IMG/VR virus record: IMGVR_UViG_3300045988_155520
Coordinates: 248,239-312,238 of that record
From: a virus
Length of the DNA: 64,000 nt
Direction: 5' to 3' (one strand)
Below the pieces are notes generated by a model that searched no databases, was not told the origin of the DNA, and was given only the letters and a program-made list of their open reading frames with translations. The position numbers and the translations under genes were made by a program. Within the stretch, counting starts at the first letter, position 1. Each line of letters starts with the position of its first letter. Positions 18,909 through 28,080 of this stretch are shown one piece after another.

Positions 18909-19220
18909 TTAGTATTCTTTCAGTTTTCTTATTAATGTATCAGCAAGTGTCACAGAATATATTGCAACATCTTCTGCACTTGGATTCGGATTTACTCCTT
19001 CCACAATAGGTGCTGTCAAAATGCTATTCATTGCGATTTTTGCTAATTCGTACCTTCGTTGTTCCCAATCAACAGTACTTTCCATAAATTCAAGTTCTCT
19101 CTTATGATAGCTTTCTTCCTTGTCCTTACACCACCAATAAGTGTCGTCAACGTCAGGATTAGGGTGAACAGCAAACTTTACATCTACTATCTCGCCCGTG
19201 TCTTTTACTTTTGCTTTCAT
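18909..19220 (-). CDS. hypothetical protein
   Basis: ORF track. Preceded by a strong AAGGAGGT Shine-Dalgarno-like sequence, which is unusual for this window. Confidence 0.55.
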   Translation of the reverse strand: MKAKVKDTGEIVDVKFAVHPNPDVDDTYWWCKDKEESYHKRELEFMESTVDWEQRRYELAKIAMNSILTAPIVEGVNPNPSAEDVAIYSVTLADTLIRKLKEY

Positions 19221-19390
19221 TGTTTACCTCCTTTCCTCAAATTCTGTAACCGTTTACCATCCATAGGGCAATATTCTCCAACAGGACTGCCACCATCTTT
19301 CAATCCAAAGCAACAAGACTGATTATCAATACGGTCATTGCCTGGCATAGGGTTGTAACAGTATTCACACTTTAGACATCTACGCTTCAT
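19217..19390 (-). CDS. small Cys-rich protein (57 aa, not in ORF track)
   Basis: Hand translation gives MKRRCLKCEYCYNPMPGNDRIDNQSCCFGLKDGGSPVGEYCPMDGKRLQNLRKGGKQ. It is preceded by AAAGGAGGA and has ATGA-type overlaps with both neighbours. Confidence 0.45.
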   Translation of the reverse strand: MKRRCLKCEYCYNPMPGNDRIDNQSCCFGLKDGGSPVGEYCPMDGKRLQNLRKGGKQ

Positions 19391-19844
19391 TGAGTCCTCC
19401 TTTCACCATTTCGGGGTTATCTGTTACGTTGCCAATCAACTCACCTTGCAATATCTCGTCATCTATCGCAATGGTAAATCCATCTGCACGCTTGAATACC
19501 CACCCATAAGTGGTATAAACATCAGTTATCTTTCTACGATGCTCCATATGGGTACATTCTTCTTCTGCTCGTCCAAAAACGACTTCACCGATAGACCCAC
19601 GTGGAGTTTTGATTATATCCCCCTCAAATATTTTAACTCCGTTCTTGTCTTTCAAACCTGTGTACTGACCGATGGATTCTGGATTGACGGTATAAAGATT
19701 ATATGCCTCTTTCCACGACTTAGGCACACAGACGCAGATACAAGGTACATTAGTAGGTGCTGTTAGTCCATAATTGAACAAATATCCATAAAGCCACTCA
19801 CCTGTACCGATAGACTTGCCTCTGAATAATATTTCACGTTTCAT
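19380..19844 (-). CDS. YopX-family protein
   Basis: MKREILFRGK..., GQYTGLKDKNGVKIFEGDI, GNVTDNPE. Confidence 0.65.
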   Translation of the reverse strand: MKREILFRGKSIGTGEWLYGYLFNYGLTAPTNVPCICVCVPKSWKEAYNLYTVNPESIGQYTGLKDKNGVKIFEGDIIKTPRGSIGEVVFGRAEEECTHMEHRRKITDVYTTYGWVFKRADGFTIAIDDEILQGELIGNVTDNPEMVKGGLNEA

Positions 19845-20104
19845 GACTTCTCTAATGTTTCTATTGCTCTATCAATTTCTTTTATAAGACGGTCCAATTG
19901 AAACTTACATTTATCTTCTTTAGTTATCATAAATGATTTTTGTGGTCCATCAATTAAATCTTTAACTAATGAAAAATATTGTTTATTTAATGTAATTTGA
20001 TATTTAAATCTATCATCTATATGTTTATGAAAATGTAAAATTGCTATAATGTTACCAACACACAATATGAATATAACAGCTATAAATCCCAAAAATAATT
20101 CCAT
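19841..20104 (-). CDS. small membrane-anchored protein
   Basis: N-terminal hydrophobic helix. Confidence 0.45.
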   Translation of the reverse strand: MELFLGFIAVIFILCVGNIIAILHFHKHIDDRFKYQITLNKQYFSLVKDLIDGPQKSFMITKEDKCKFQLDRLIKEIDRAIETLEKS

Positions 20105-20278
20105 ACGTAATAATATATTATTCTTCTATTTTAATTGGGTTTCCATAACCATCCATTGCACCTAAAACTACTAAACAACCATTTTCTAATTTGAAACCAG
20201 CTTTAAGGTGTCCATCAAAATCAACCTCGATATAACCATTTCTGTTTGAATAATGTCTTTTCTTCATAATTGTTAATA

Positions 20279-20536
20279 TTAATAAGTTTCAAAATTAGCA
20301 GGTTCAATAAAACCATCCTGTTCCATTATTTGCAATGCTTCTGAAATCATCAAATATAGACCATGATAAAATAGAATGAAATCCATATCATCATTTAAAT
20401 CTATTACAGGACGATATTCAAAATTCTTATAAACAAACATATTATTTAATTCATCAAGACTATTATAAGCTGAACAGAATTTCTTATGTGTCTCTTTAAT
20501 TTTCTTTTTCAGATTTTCATTCTTCTTTTTATCCAT
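20279..20536 (-). CDS. hypothetical protein
   Basis: ORF track. The C-terminal IMEQDGFIEPANF resembles 26572..26811 and 30244..30585. Confidence 0.45.
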   Translation of the reverse strand: MDKKKNENLKKKIKETHKKFCSAYNSLDELNNMFVYKNFEYRPVIDLNDDMDFILFYHGLYLMISEALQIMEQDGFIEPANFETY

Positions 20537-20541
20537 ATTTT

Positions 20542-20907
20542 TTAATATTCTATATTTGTTATATTCTTTTCTTTTATTTCACCTAATACTTTCTTAACTG
20601 TATCATATTTTGACAAATTCTTCCAATCATCTTCTATAACACCAGTTGTTTCATCACGGTGATGTTCATCTATATAATCATATATGAAGCAATCAAACGC
20701 ATCTGATAAAACTTGAGGGTCTTCTTCAGTCCAATGTATACGTGAGAATAACTCATAACACTCAGTATGATATGAGTTACTATCAATTCCATACTCATTG
20801 GCATCTGTTACTTTTTTATACTTTTGTCCTATATTAATTTTGCAACAACATAGTTCACAGAAATGTTCCTTGCGTGCAGTAAGAACTTTGGAAGAAATAT
20901 AACTCAT
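20542..20907 (-). CDS. hypothetical Cys-cluster protein (paralog of 12244..12615)
   Basis: See 12244..12615. Confidence 0.6.
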   Translation of the reverse strand: MSYISSKVLTARKEHFCELCCCKINIGQKYKKVTDANEYGIDSNSYHTECYELFSRIHWTEEDPQVLSDAFDCFIYDYIDEHHRDETTGVIEDDWKNLSKYDTVKKVLGEIKEKNITNIEY

Positions 20908-20916
20908 ACTACAATA

Positions 20917-21306
20917 TTATTTAATTAATTCTGGATTTTCAAAAACATTACCAATGATGCTACGTGTTTCATTTTCACGTATACCAAACAGATTATGGTC
21001 AAATTTATTGCCTGAAATGATGAAAATGTCTTTTGAATATACTATTACACCAATTTCATATTCAATTTCTCCATTTGGAAAATTAAATAATTTAATCTTG
21101 GTAATATCTCCTTCGAACATTTTCTTACCATTCCCATCTTTAGCACCTGTATATTGACCGATGCTATCACTATCAACTCTTGTGAATGACATAATATCAT
21201 CTTCAATTTTTCTAATAGCATAACCATTAGAAAGATGAATAAGGTCGCCATAAACCCACTCATTTTTGATATTATCAAACCCACGAAACAGTATTTCTCT
21301 TTCCAT
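20917..21306 (-). CDS. YopX-family protein
   Basis: MEREILFRGF..., GQYTGAKDGNGKKMFEGDI, GNVFENPE. Confidence 0.65.
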   Translation of the reverse strand: MEREILFRGFDNIKNEWVYGDLIHLSNGYAIRKIEDDIMSFTRVDSDSIGQYTGAKDGNGKKMFEGDITKIKLFNFPNGEIEYEIGVIVYSKDIFIISGNKFDHNLFGIRENETRSIIGNVFENPELIK

Positions 21307-21323
21307 ATACTAAATGATTATTG

Positions 21324-21773
21324 TTATTTGAAAAGATTATGAACTATCATAGCACCAGCAAGTGCCCATCCGCTAAGTGCTATACCATATAGAATATATT
21401 TAGCAAAACGGAATAACTTTATTTCTTTGTCTACTTCTTTAAGAAATTCATCAGTTGGTCCATATTTCTTTTCGTATTGTTCACGGACAAACTTTTCGGC
21501 TAAAGAATTAATACGTTTTCTATTTTCTTCTGAAATTATAGGTTTAAATCCATGCTGTTTACCTAAAGCATTTTCAAAACAGATAGAATCAACTCGATAT
21601 CTTTTATATACACCATCATAATCTTTCCATTGTTGAGTAATAATACTTTCGCAAACACCACGTTCCTGATAGTATTTCTCAGCCAATTCTTTGATTTGAG
21701 AATCAGTTACGGATGCTTTCTCTTTAAGCTCGTCATATTCTGTTTCATTTAATTGAACAATTCTTTTTTCCAT
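21324..21773 (-). CDS. hypothetical protein with C-terminal membrane anchor
   Basis: ORF track. C-terminal YILYGIALSGWALAGAMIV. Confidence 0.5.
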   Translation of the reverse strand: MEKRIVQLNETEYDELKEKASVTDSQIKELAEKYYQERGVCESIITQQWKDYDGVYKRYRVDSICFENALGKQHGFKPIISEENRKRINSLAEKFVREQYEKKYGPTDEFLKEVDKEIKLFRFAKYILYGIALSGWALAGAMIVHNLFK

Positions 21774-21777
21774 AAGA

Positions 21778-21951
21778 TTATTCTATTTTAAGTTCTTTAA
21801 AAACACCTACTATTTTATCATCTAATAAACCGCCAAATCCATTACAGATGAATTGACATTTGTTGAAAATATTACGCAAATCACAGTCAGAGCAATCTTC
21901 TGATTCGTTTGTGTAAATGTACTGTTTATCGTTAATTGTTATGCTATTCAT
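21778..21951 (-). CDS. small Cys-rich protein
   Basis: The internal Met (MNSITINDKQY) avoids overlap with 21956..22174. Confidence 0.4.
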   Translation of the reverse strand: MNSITINDKQYIYTNESEDCSDCDLRNIFNKCQFICNGFGGLLDDKIVGVFKELKIE

Positions 21952-21955
21952 TTTT

Positions 21956-22174
21956 TTAATATGTTTCTTTAAAGGATGGTAAATCTGATAAATCAATCCA
22001 ATATTCAACTTTTAATATTTTATCAAAACGAGAATAATTATCAAGAAATTCTAAAGTTCTTTTATTAAACCACGCAACAAAATATTCATCATTATGATAA
22101 CATAGATAATCTCCATTTTCTTTAGGATAATCAAATAAATTTACATCATGCCATTTAAGTTCTTTCTTTTTCAT
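21956..22174 (-). CDS. DUF551-like protein
   Basis: W.D....P ... EYWIDLSDLP pattern. A -7 box at 22179-22186 lies only 5 nt upstream, so the mRNA may be leaderless. Confidence 0.45.
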   Translation of the reverse strand: MKKKELKWHDVNLFDYPKENGDYLCYHNDEYFVAWFNKRTLEFLDNYSRFDKILKVEYWIDLSDLPSFKETY

Positions 22175-22247
22175 AACGCAAAGATAAGAAATAATTTATT
22201 AATATCCAAATATAAGAACTTATTTTAAAATTTATTAACTATATCAT

Positions 22248-22502
22248 TTATAAATTGAAATAATCTTCGATAGGACTTGAAAGAAAATCCCAATTCTTAT
22301 CGTCTGTTGTTATTTGAAATTCAAGTAATGGACAATTATCATAATCATAAAAATCGAATTTCTCATTAAAATCTATTAAGCAGTTGTAATTATCTTCTTG
22401 AAATTCTTTATTCCATTCATCGCCAGGATACATCGGAGAGCGATAATATTCTTTAATAACTTTATTATTATCTCCTAATTCTACTAATCTGAATCTTGCC
22501 AT
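22248..22502 (-). CDS. hypothetical protein
   Basis: ORF track. Confidence 0.45.
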   Translation of the reverse strand: MARFRLVELGDNNKVIKEYYRSPMYPGDEWNKEFQEDNYNCLIDFNEKFDFYDYDNCPLLEFQITTDDKNWDFLSSPIEDYFNL

Positions 22503-22505
22503 AAT

Positions 22506-22715
22506 TTAATCTTCTTCTTTTGTTAATTCTTCAATCAGCGCATCAGCAAAAGCCACTGCAAAGCGAGCCAAAGATTTTGGTATAGTTCTTTTCTCATTTT
22601 CTGTATATGGTGCAGTTGATAAAATATAATCTAAATTGTCGTCGTTTGATAATGATGATGTCATTATATCTTTAGCAATTTCATAACGTCTATTCAGTAA
22701 ATAAGATGATGTCAT
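22506..22715 (-). CDS. hypothetical protein
   Basis: ORF track. RYE(I/L)AK(D/I)(I/A)M and FADALI resemble 18909..19220. Confidence 0.45.
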   Translation of the reverse strand: MTSSYLLNRRYEIAKDIMTSSLSNDDNLDYILSTAPYTENEKRTIPKSLARFAVAFADALIEELTKEED

Positions 22716-22735
22716 ACTTTTATTTTTTTAAATTA

Positions 22736-24205
22736 TTATTTCTTTTTATTCTTCTTAAAGAACTTTGCAAACTTCTCCCCACCATACTCACCAGTAGTTA
22801 AATCTATAATCTCCCTAATGGTGTACTTGTCTTTATGGGGGTCTGGTAGTCGGCTCTCAATGAAGTATCTTGTACCGACTGAACATGCACCAGTAATAAT
22901 ACGATATGCAGCGATAGCTTCTTCATAAGATAAAGTATCGTCCAATGACAATTTTTCATAATCCGAGGTGTCCCTATTGCTTAACTTATATATAAGGTCG
23001 GCTTTAGCTTCTGCAAGAGTCTTACCATGCGCCCAATTGTTATCGCCATCTGTGACAAGGTAAAAAGGTTTATCTTCTTCTCCAATTTTATGTACTTTGT
23101 ATACATTGCCATGGTGAGAATCAATAACTGAGAAAATTCCATCAGCTTTAATATATCTCACACCATTTCTCTCCCAGAAAAGAGCCATATTTTCTAAATC
23201 ATGAATCTTTTTCTGCTGTTCTCGAGAAAGAGTCGTATTTACTTCTACGTTATCTGTAATACTTGTATCTCTTATATCAATAACTCCATCAACTGTAAGG
23301 CTATCTGGTAATGAGGTGATACCCGTACCTCTTAGGTCAAGAGAGTCACCCACTGTAAGATTGTCAGGTAGAGACTTAATGGGTGTATTGCTTAAGTCAA
23401 GATATCCACCAACCGTTAGATTATTAGGTAAAGATACAATATTTGTATCACTTAAATCAATTTCCCCTCCAACTATTAAGTTGTCTGGTATCTCTGTAAT
23501 AAGTGATTTAGATAAATTAAGCCATGACCTAACGGTTAAGTTGTTAGGAATCTTTTTAAGTTTAGTATTCATTAAACTAAGATAACCATTAACAGACAAA
23601 TTATCTGGAAGAGTTTCAATAGGGGTGTTGTTTAAATGCAGATTTCCGTTAACTATTAAAGAATTATGTAGCTCTGTGATATCTGTATTTTGCAAATATA
23701 GACTATTACCCACCTTTAAGTTATCAGGTAACTTTTTTATAGGTGTACAACTTAAAACAAGACTTTTACCAACTATTAAGTTGTCAGGAAGTTCCCTGAT
23801 AGATGAGTCAGTTAGAATTAAATCTTTATCAACTGTCAAGTTATATGGTAATTTCGTAATCTTTGTCCCCACCAAACTTAAATTTCCTCTTACATTTAAA
23901 TTATCAGGGAGTTTCGTGATAAGTGTGTAGTCCAAAATTATACTATCTCCTACTTTTAAACTATCTGGAATCTCGGTGATTTGTGTAAATAATAAAAAGA
24001 GAGTTTCTGAAACGGTTAAATTATTTGGTAACTTGTCGATATTTGTTTCAGATAAATTAAGAGAACCATTCACAGTAAGGTTATCAGGTAACTCTGTAAT
24101 ACTTGTGTTCATTAAGTTAAGATAACCGTCATAAAATAACTTCCCATCCTTAATGGTCAGTTTATAACCTGTTTCTTCCTTGAACTTTTCTATTATTTCA
24201 TTCAT
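22736..24205 (-). CDS. 20-residue (LPX-type) leucine-rich repeat protein with conserved C-terminal domain
   Basis: 14 tandem 20-aa repeats of LPDNLxVxGxLxLxxTxIxx (60-nt DNA period). The C-terminal domain is nearly identical in order to 10068..11537. Confidence 0.75.
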   Translation of the reverse strand: MNEIIEKFKEETGYKLTIKDGKLFYDGYLNLMNTSITELPDNLTVNGSLNLSETNIDKLPNNLTVSETLFLLFTQITEIPDSLKVGDSIILDYTLITKLPDNLNVRGNLSLVGTKITKLPYNLTVDKDLILTDSSIRELPDNLIVGKSLVLSCTPIKKLPDNLKVGNSLYLQNTDITELHNSLIVNGNLHLNNTPIETLPDNLSVNGYLSLMNTKLKKIPNNLTVRSWLNLSKSLITEIPDNLIVGGEIDLSDTNIVSLPNNLTVGGYLDLSNTPIKSLPDNLTVGDSLDLRGTGITSLPDSLTVDGVIDIRDTSITDNVEVNTTLSREQQKKIHDLENMALFWERNGVRYIKADGIFSVIDSHHGNVYKVHKIGEEDKPFYLVTDGDNNWAHGKTLAEAKADLIYKLSNRDTSDYEKLSLDDTLSYEEAIAAYRIITGACSVGTRYFIESRLPDPHKDKYTIREIIDLTTGEYGGEKFAKFFKKNKKK

Positions 24206-24209
24206 TATC

Positions 24210-24431
24210 CTACTTATTATGTTCTTTTTGCAACTGTTTCATTCTTTCCATCAAACCATTTCTTCTTTTATCTTCTTCGTCCATTCTTTGCTTTATAATT
24301 GTTTCAAAAGAATTTCTCTCTTTTTTTGTATATCTGATGTGATTATACACATGAATAAACAAAAACGCAATTATCGCTAATATTAATGGCGAAAATACAA
24401 TTAAAAAAAGTAAATTATAACTGATATACAT
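24210..24431 (-). CDS. small membrane protein
   Basis: N-terminal hydrophobic segment. Confidence 0.45.
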   Translation of the reverse strand: MYISYNLLFLIVFSPLILAIIAFLFIHVYNHIRYTKKERNSFETIIKQRMDEEDKRRNGLMERMKQLQKEHNK

Positions 24432-24432
24432 A

Positions 24433-24816
24433 TTATTCTTTATTATTAGGTATACTTGGTATTTCCATCCAATATTCTATTTCAGTTCCAGATTCCCAAC
24501 AGTCTTTCCCATTAAAATAATCTATCCAGCAACTATCCTCTTTTCCATCTGAAGCTAAAAGAGGTTTATTGTAAAGACGTTCTGGTGGATAACCATCAGT
24601 AGGAACATAATTCCAAGGACTTGGCTCCTCTAATTTATATTGCTCTTTAAATATATTTTTACTAATATCACTTAAATAAGGTTCTGCTTCATATACCACT
24701 TTACCATCTCCCAAAGGTTTAGGTCCGCATACTCTTGTTTCATTTATATAGCAAGACTTGCCTTCTACACTTTGAACTATTGTTATTTTTACTCTATAAT
24801 CATTATTTTTATCCAT
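24433..24816 (-). CDS. DUF551-like protein
   Basis: C-terminal EIEYWMEIPSIP. Confidence 0.45.
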   Translation of the reverse strand: MDKNNDYRVKITIVQSVEGKSCYINETRVCGPKPLGDGKVVYEAEPYLSDISKNIFKEQYKLEEPSPWNYVPTDGYPPERLYNKPLLASDGKEDSCWIDYFNGKDCWESGTEIEYWMEIPSIPNNKE

Positions 24817-24830
24817 ACTAATATATTTCT

Positions 24831-25184
24831 TTATTCTGTTGGTAATTTAGGAATTTCCATCCAATAATCTACGTCGTAAATATCAAGATATGGTGCAAAC
24901 CCATCATCAAAGTGCAGAGTTTTGTCATCAAACATAAAACCTTTAAAAATATCTCCTTGATAACTAAATAAACAATCCTTTGCCTCTTGTGGTAAATCAC
25001 CAACTTTAACAGAGTGCCAATGAGTTACGGGATATTGCTTGTAAAACTGCAACATATCTCGACACTTATATTTAATTGTAGCAATATTGTGAGATACATT
25101 ACCAGATGTTGTTTTCTCACATATCTCTGAGATATTTTCTAAAATTCCGATAAACATCTCATCTATTTCTTTTTGTGTCGTCAT
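24831..25184 (-). CDS. DUF551-like protein (tandem paralog of 25223..25576)
   Basis: HWHSV..GDLP ... YDVDYWMEIPKLP. Confidence 0.5.
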   Translation of the reverse strand: MTTQKEIDEMFIGILENISEICEKTTSGNVSHNIATIKYKCRDMLQFYKQYPVTHWHSVKVGDLPQEAKDCLFSYQGDIFKGFMFDDKTLHFDDGFAPYLDIYDVDYWMEIPKLPTE

Positions 25185-25222
25185 AACTTTAATTTAATTC
25201 TGTATGGTTTCATAATCTTCTT

Positions 25223-25576
25223 TTATTTTGTTGGTGACTTAGGTATCTCTATCCAATAATCGACATCATAAATACAAAGTGTAGAGTCATCTTTACCATC
25301 TAAAGATAGAGTTTTATCCCATTCCATAAAACCCTGTGCGCAAGTCCCTTGATAGACGAATATGTAATCCTTAGCTACTTTCGGAAAATCTCCGTCAGCA
25401 ACAGAGTGCCAAGGTCTTGCAGGACATTGATTGTAAAAATTCATTATCTCTCCACATTGACGTTTAATAGTGGTGATACTGTTAGATTCATTGCCAGATG
25501 TTGTAGTATTACAAGTATACAATATACTTACTATTGCAGAAATAAATGCTTCATTTAATTTTTCTTGTGGTGTCAT
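25223..25576 (-). CDS. DUF551-like protein (tandem paralog of 24831..25184)
   Basis: PWHSVADGDFP ... YDVDYWIEIPKSP. Confidence 0.5.
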   Translation of the reverse strand: MTPQEKLNEAFISAIVSILYTCNTTTSGNESNSITTIKRQCGEIMNFYNQCPARPWHSVADGDFPKVAKDYIFVYQGTCAQGFMEWDKTLSLDGKDDSTLCIYDVDYWIEIPKSPTK

Positions 25577-25839
25577 AATTTCAACTTTTTATTAATAAGT
25601 TCTTGAATTTCTTTCTCTGACTTAAAGTAGGGCATTTCCCCATTGAGTTGTGTGATAGCTGTCTTTGTTGCTAAGTTCCAAACTTGAATTATAAATGAAG
25701 ATGATGGATGTTCGTCTGCATACTTTGCACCCTCAACAAATCCACGCCAAACATCATCAATGTTACAGTTAGCAAAAGCATCATATTGAGCATATTCAGA
25801 AGCTCTTCCTTCAATTTCTTCTTCTCTATTCATAATCAA
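25573..25839 (-). CDS. hypothetical protein
   Basis: ORF track. Confidence 0.45.
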   Translation of the reverse strand: MIMNREEEIEGRASEYAQYDAFANCNIDDVWRGFVEGAKYADEHPSSSFIIQVWNLATKTAITQLNGEMPYFKSEKEIQELINKKLKL

Positions 25840-26056
25840 TATATTCGTTTAATATTTCTCCGTGTTTAGTCGAATATGAAGTTTCATAATCCCTCATATA
25901 AGGTTGATACACATCTATTCTACCTAATAATTGTGTGTGTACATATCGCAACCACTTTGTATTAAGAGATGCAACATTTCTGTATTTTTTACAAGCCTTT
26001 TTTATCTTGCGTGGAATAAATTTACTCATAACCTTATTTTTTTTACGATAAAACAA
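25826..26056 (-). CDS. hypothetical basic protein
   Basis: ORF track. Confidence 0.4.
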   Translation of the reverse strand: MFYRKKNKVMSKFIPRKIKKACKKYRNVASLNTKWLRYVHTQLLGRIDVYQPYMRDYETSYSTKHGEILNEYIDYE

Positions 26057-26209
26057 CTATTTCTTTATAGTATAGCGATTTACATTCTACATTTTTAAAA
26101 CTTCTTTAACCCTCGTAGTAATATCTATCATCACCATTTTGAATGAGGACTTCTATATTACCAGACTTTTCGTATATTTTTTGGAGTTCTTTTTGTAATT
26201 CTAATATTG

Positions 26210-26575
26210 TCATAATTCTAAGGCTTTTTTAATATATTGTTTATAATGTTCGTTGGCTGCCTGCTTGGCATCTGAAAGTGAAATATAACAACTAATAAAA
26301 TAGCCATTACTGAATAAATGAAATTTGTTGTCAACAAATTCTATCCTGTAGAACCATTCAAAAACTGTTACGGAAAGGTATGGTCCATCTTTGTAAACTC
26401 TTTTCCATTTCAATTCTGGTACATTCTCTATTACACTCTCACGTCCAGCATTGAAAGCTGCTTTAATGTCGCTTTCTTGATACAAAGGCATATTAGGAAA
26501 ATTGTCATTCTTGAAGCTTATTGCGTTCTCTCTTGCCTTTGTGATATATTTTTCTGCTAAATCTTTCTGTATCAT
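26210..26575 (-). CDS. hypothetical protein (paralog of 26808..27197)
   Basis: Shared DLAE(K/E)Y..K, DIKAAFNAG(R/S)ESVIE, (L/K)(E/K)W and AK.(A/Y)A motifs. Confidence 0.55.
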   Translation of the reverse strand: MIQKDLAEKYITKARENAISFKNDNFPNMPLYQESDIKAAFNAGRESVIENVPELKWKRVYKDGPYLSVTVFEWFYRIEFVDNKFHLFSNGYFISCYISLSDAKQAANEHYKQYIKKALEL

Positions 26576-26811
26576 ACTCTAAAATCATTTTTACTTATGT
26601 ACCCCACATTCTCCATTATTTCGACGGCTTCCTTGATATCAATTTCACTTCCCTGATACACAACAATTATCTCACACCCACCACACATTGTTACAATTGG
26701 CGTTTCATTTTGGAAATCTCTGAACACCAATTCTTTTTCGATATTTTGCAAAGCGCCAGAAAGTTCACTTTCTATCTTTTCTGCTATTTCCACAAGTTTT
26801 CTTAAATTCAT
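26572..26811 (-). CDS. hypothetical protein (family with 30244..30585)
   Basis: Shared LVF(R/K)DF(Q/E) ... IM(E/D)(N/K)(V/I)GYI. Confidence 0.5.
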   Translation of the reverse strand: MNLRKLVEIAEKIESELSGALQNIEKELVFRDFQNETPIVTMCGGCEIIVVYQGSEIDIKEAVEIMENVGYISKNDFRV

Positions 26812-27197
26812 AAACCTAATACTTTTTTAATTCTTTCCTCATAAACTTTAACTGCATAAGATTTTGCCTCTTCAATAGAATTAAAACATCCTTTTCCCAA
26901 TCCATTACTCAAAAGTTCTATCTTTTTAGAGGGAGACCACTTTCTAATTAAAAAATTGTCCAATGGTTTATCTGCTTTGCAAACTTCAAGATATATTCCA
27001 CAATCTTCGTAGAAACCTATTTCTTTCCATTCTAATTTGGATGCACTCTCTATTACACTCTCACTCCCTGCATTGAAAGCTGCTTTAATATCGTCAAATG
27101 TAAAACATCTGTTGTCTTCAAAAATAAGGTCGCTATCTCCATTTGCACATTCATACTCTTTGATAGCGTACTCTTCTGCTAAATCTTTCTTTTTCAT
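26808..27197 (-). CDS. hypothetical protein (paralog of 26210..26575)
   Basis: See 26210..26575. Confidence 0.55.
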   Translation of the reverse strand: MKKKDLAEEYAIKEYECANGDSDLIFEDNRCFTFDDIKAAFNAGSESVIESASKLEWKEIGFYEDCGIYLEVCKADKPLDNFLIRKWSPSKKIELLSNGLGKGCFNSIEEAKSYAVKVYEERIKKVLGL

Positions 27198-27709
27198 TTT
27201 ATTTTCTTATTACCAATTGGATAGTTTCTCATACATCCAATATGCGCTACTTTTAATTTTTCTTCTAAGAATAGTTTACGACTTTTGGGATTACTTGAGT
27301 AAGAGAAATTACCTTTTAAAATATGTTCCTCCCCATTATATACTTTCCCATCGTCAGTGAATCCAAAAACAAAATATGGCTTCCCATTAAATGTTACATC
27401 TTTACAATGTTCATTATTATAATCAATACATTCTTTTAGAATTGACTTAGGTACAAAATATCCAAATCTTGATACACGTTCATCTGTATCGTGGTAGTTC
27501 TTTTTCTTAAAATCTGCTTTGAAATCTTCAAACGAACGTTTTATTTCCACTTCTGTAAGATAACCATTTTTGTCAATACTAACAAAATCCGCTTCATGAT
27601 TGAGTAATCCCCATGATAAGTTTGGAACCATTATGTTAGTTCTAACACCACCTAAAAAAATCACAAGTATATTCTCAATTTCTTTAACAGACAAATTTGT
27701 TGCAACCAT
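27194..27709 (-). CDS. MmcB-like PD-(D/E)XK nuclease-fold protein
   Basis: HEADFVSIDKNGYLTEVEIKRSFEDFKADFKKK matches the D...E.EIK core of the MmcB/DUF family. Confidence 0.45.
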   Translation of the reverse strand: MVATNLSVKEIENILVIFLGGVRTNIMVPNLSWGLLNHEADFVSIDKNGYLTEVEIKRSFEDFKADFKKKNYHDTDERVSRFGYFVPKSILKECIDYNNEHCKDVTFNGKPYFVFGFTDDGKVYNGEEHILKGNFSYSSNPKSRKLFLEEKLKVAHIGCMRNYPIGNKKIK

Positions 27710-27723
27710 AAGTTATATTTTCT

Positions 27724-27915
27724 TTAATTCATTCTTTTTGGCAACCAATAAGGTTCGTTTTCTTTTTCCGCAGCTGAAATTACCGAACATAGATACCTAA
27801 ATCTATCAATGGAAATACTTTCATCATCTATAAGTTTACATAATTTTTCTGAGTGAAAAGAATTAAAACTGTCTTCTGTAAAAATTTTCCGTTTTTTATT
27901 TGAATCGTTTGTCAT
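27724..27915 (-). CDS. hypothetical protein
   Basis: ORF track. Confidence 0.4.
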   Translation of the reverse strand: MTNDSNKKRKIFTEDSFNSFHSEKLCKLIDDESISIDRFRYLCSVISAAEKENEPYWLPKRMN

Positions 27916-27918
27916 AAC

Positions 27919-28077
27919 TTATACTTTTATATTCACTAATATTCGAGATTCACCCAGATTGTCTTCTACAAACTTTTCTACATCACCGCTTTCAAGTGCT
28001 TTCTTAGCAAAGTTGAGACCACAACCATATTTTTCTCTTATTTTAGTAATCTCTTGTAGTTCTTTCTTGGAAAGCAT
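27919..28077 (-). CDS. 52-aa protein resembling the EF-Ts N-terminal (TS-N/UBA-like) domain (not in ORF track)
   Basis: Hand translation gives MLSKKELQEITKIREKYGCGLNFAKKALESGDVEKFVEDNLGESRILVNIKV. Compare the EF-Ts N-terminus ...[32 protein letters not shown]. Confidence 0.45.
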   Translation of the reverse strand: MLSKKELQEITKIREKYGCGLNFAKKALESGDVEKFVEDNLGESRILVNIKV

Positions 28078-28080
28078 AAT

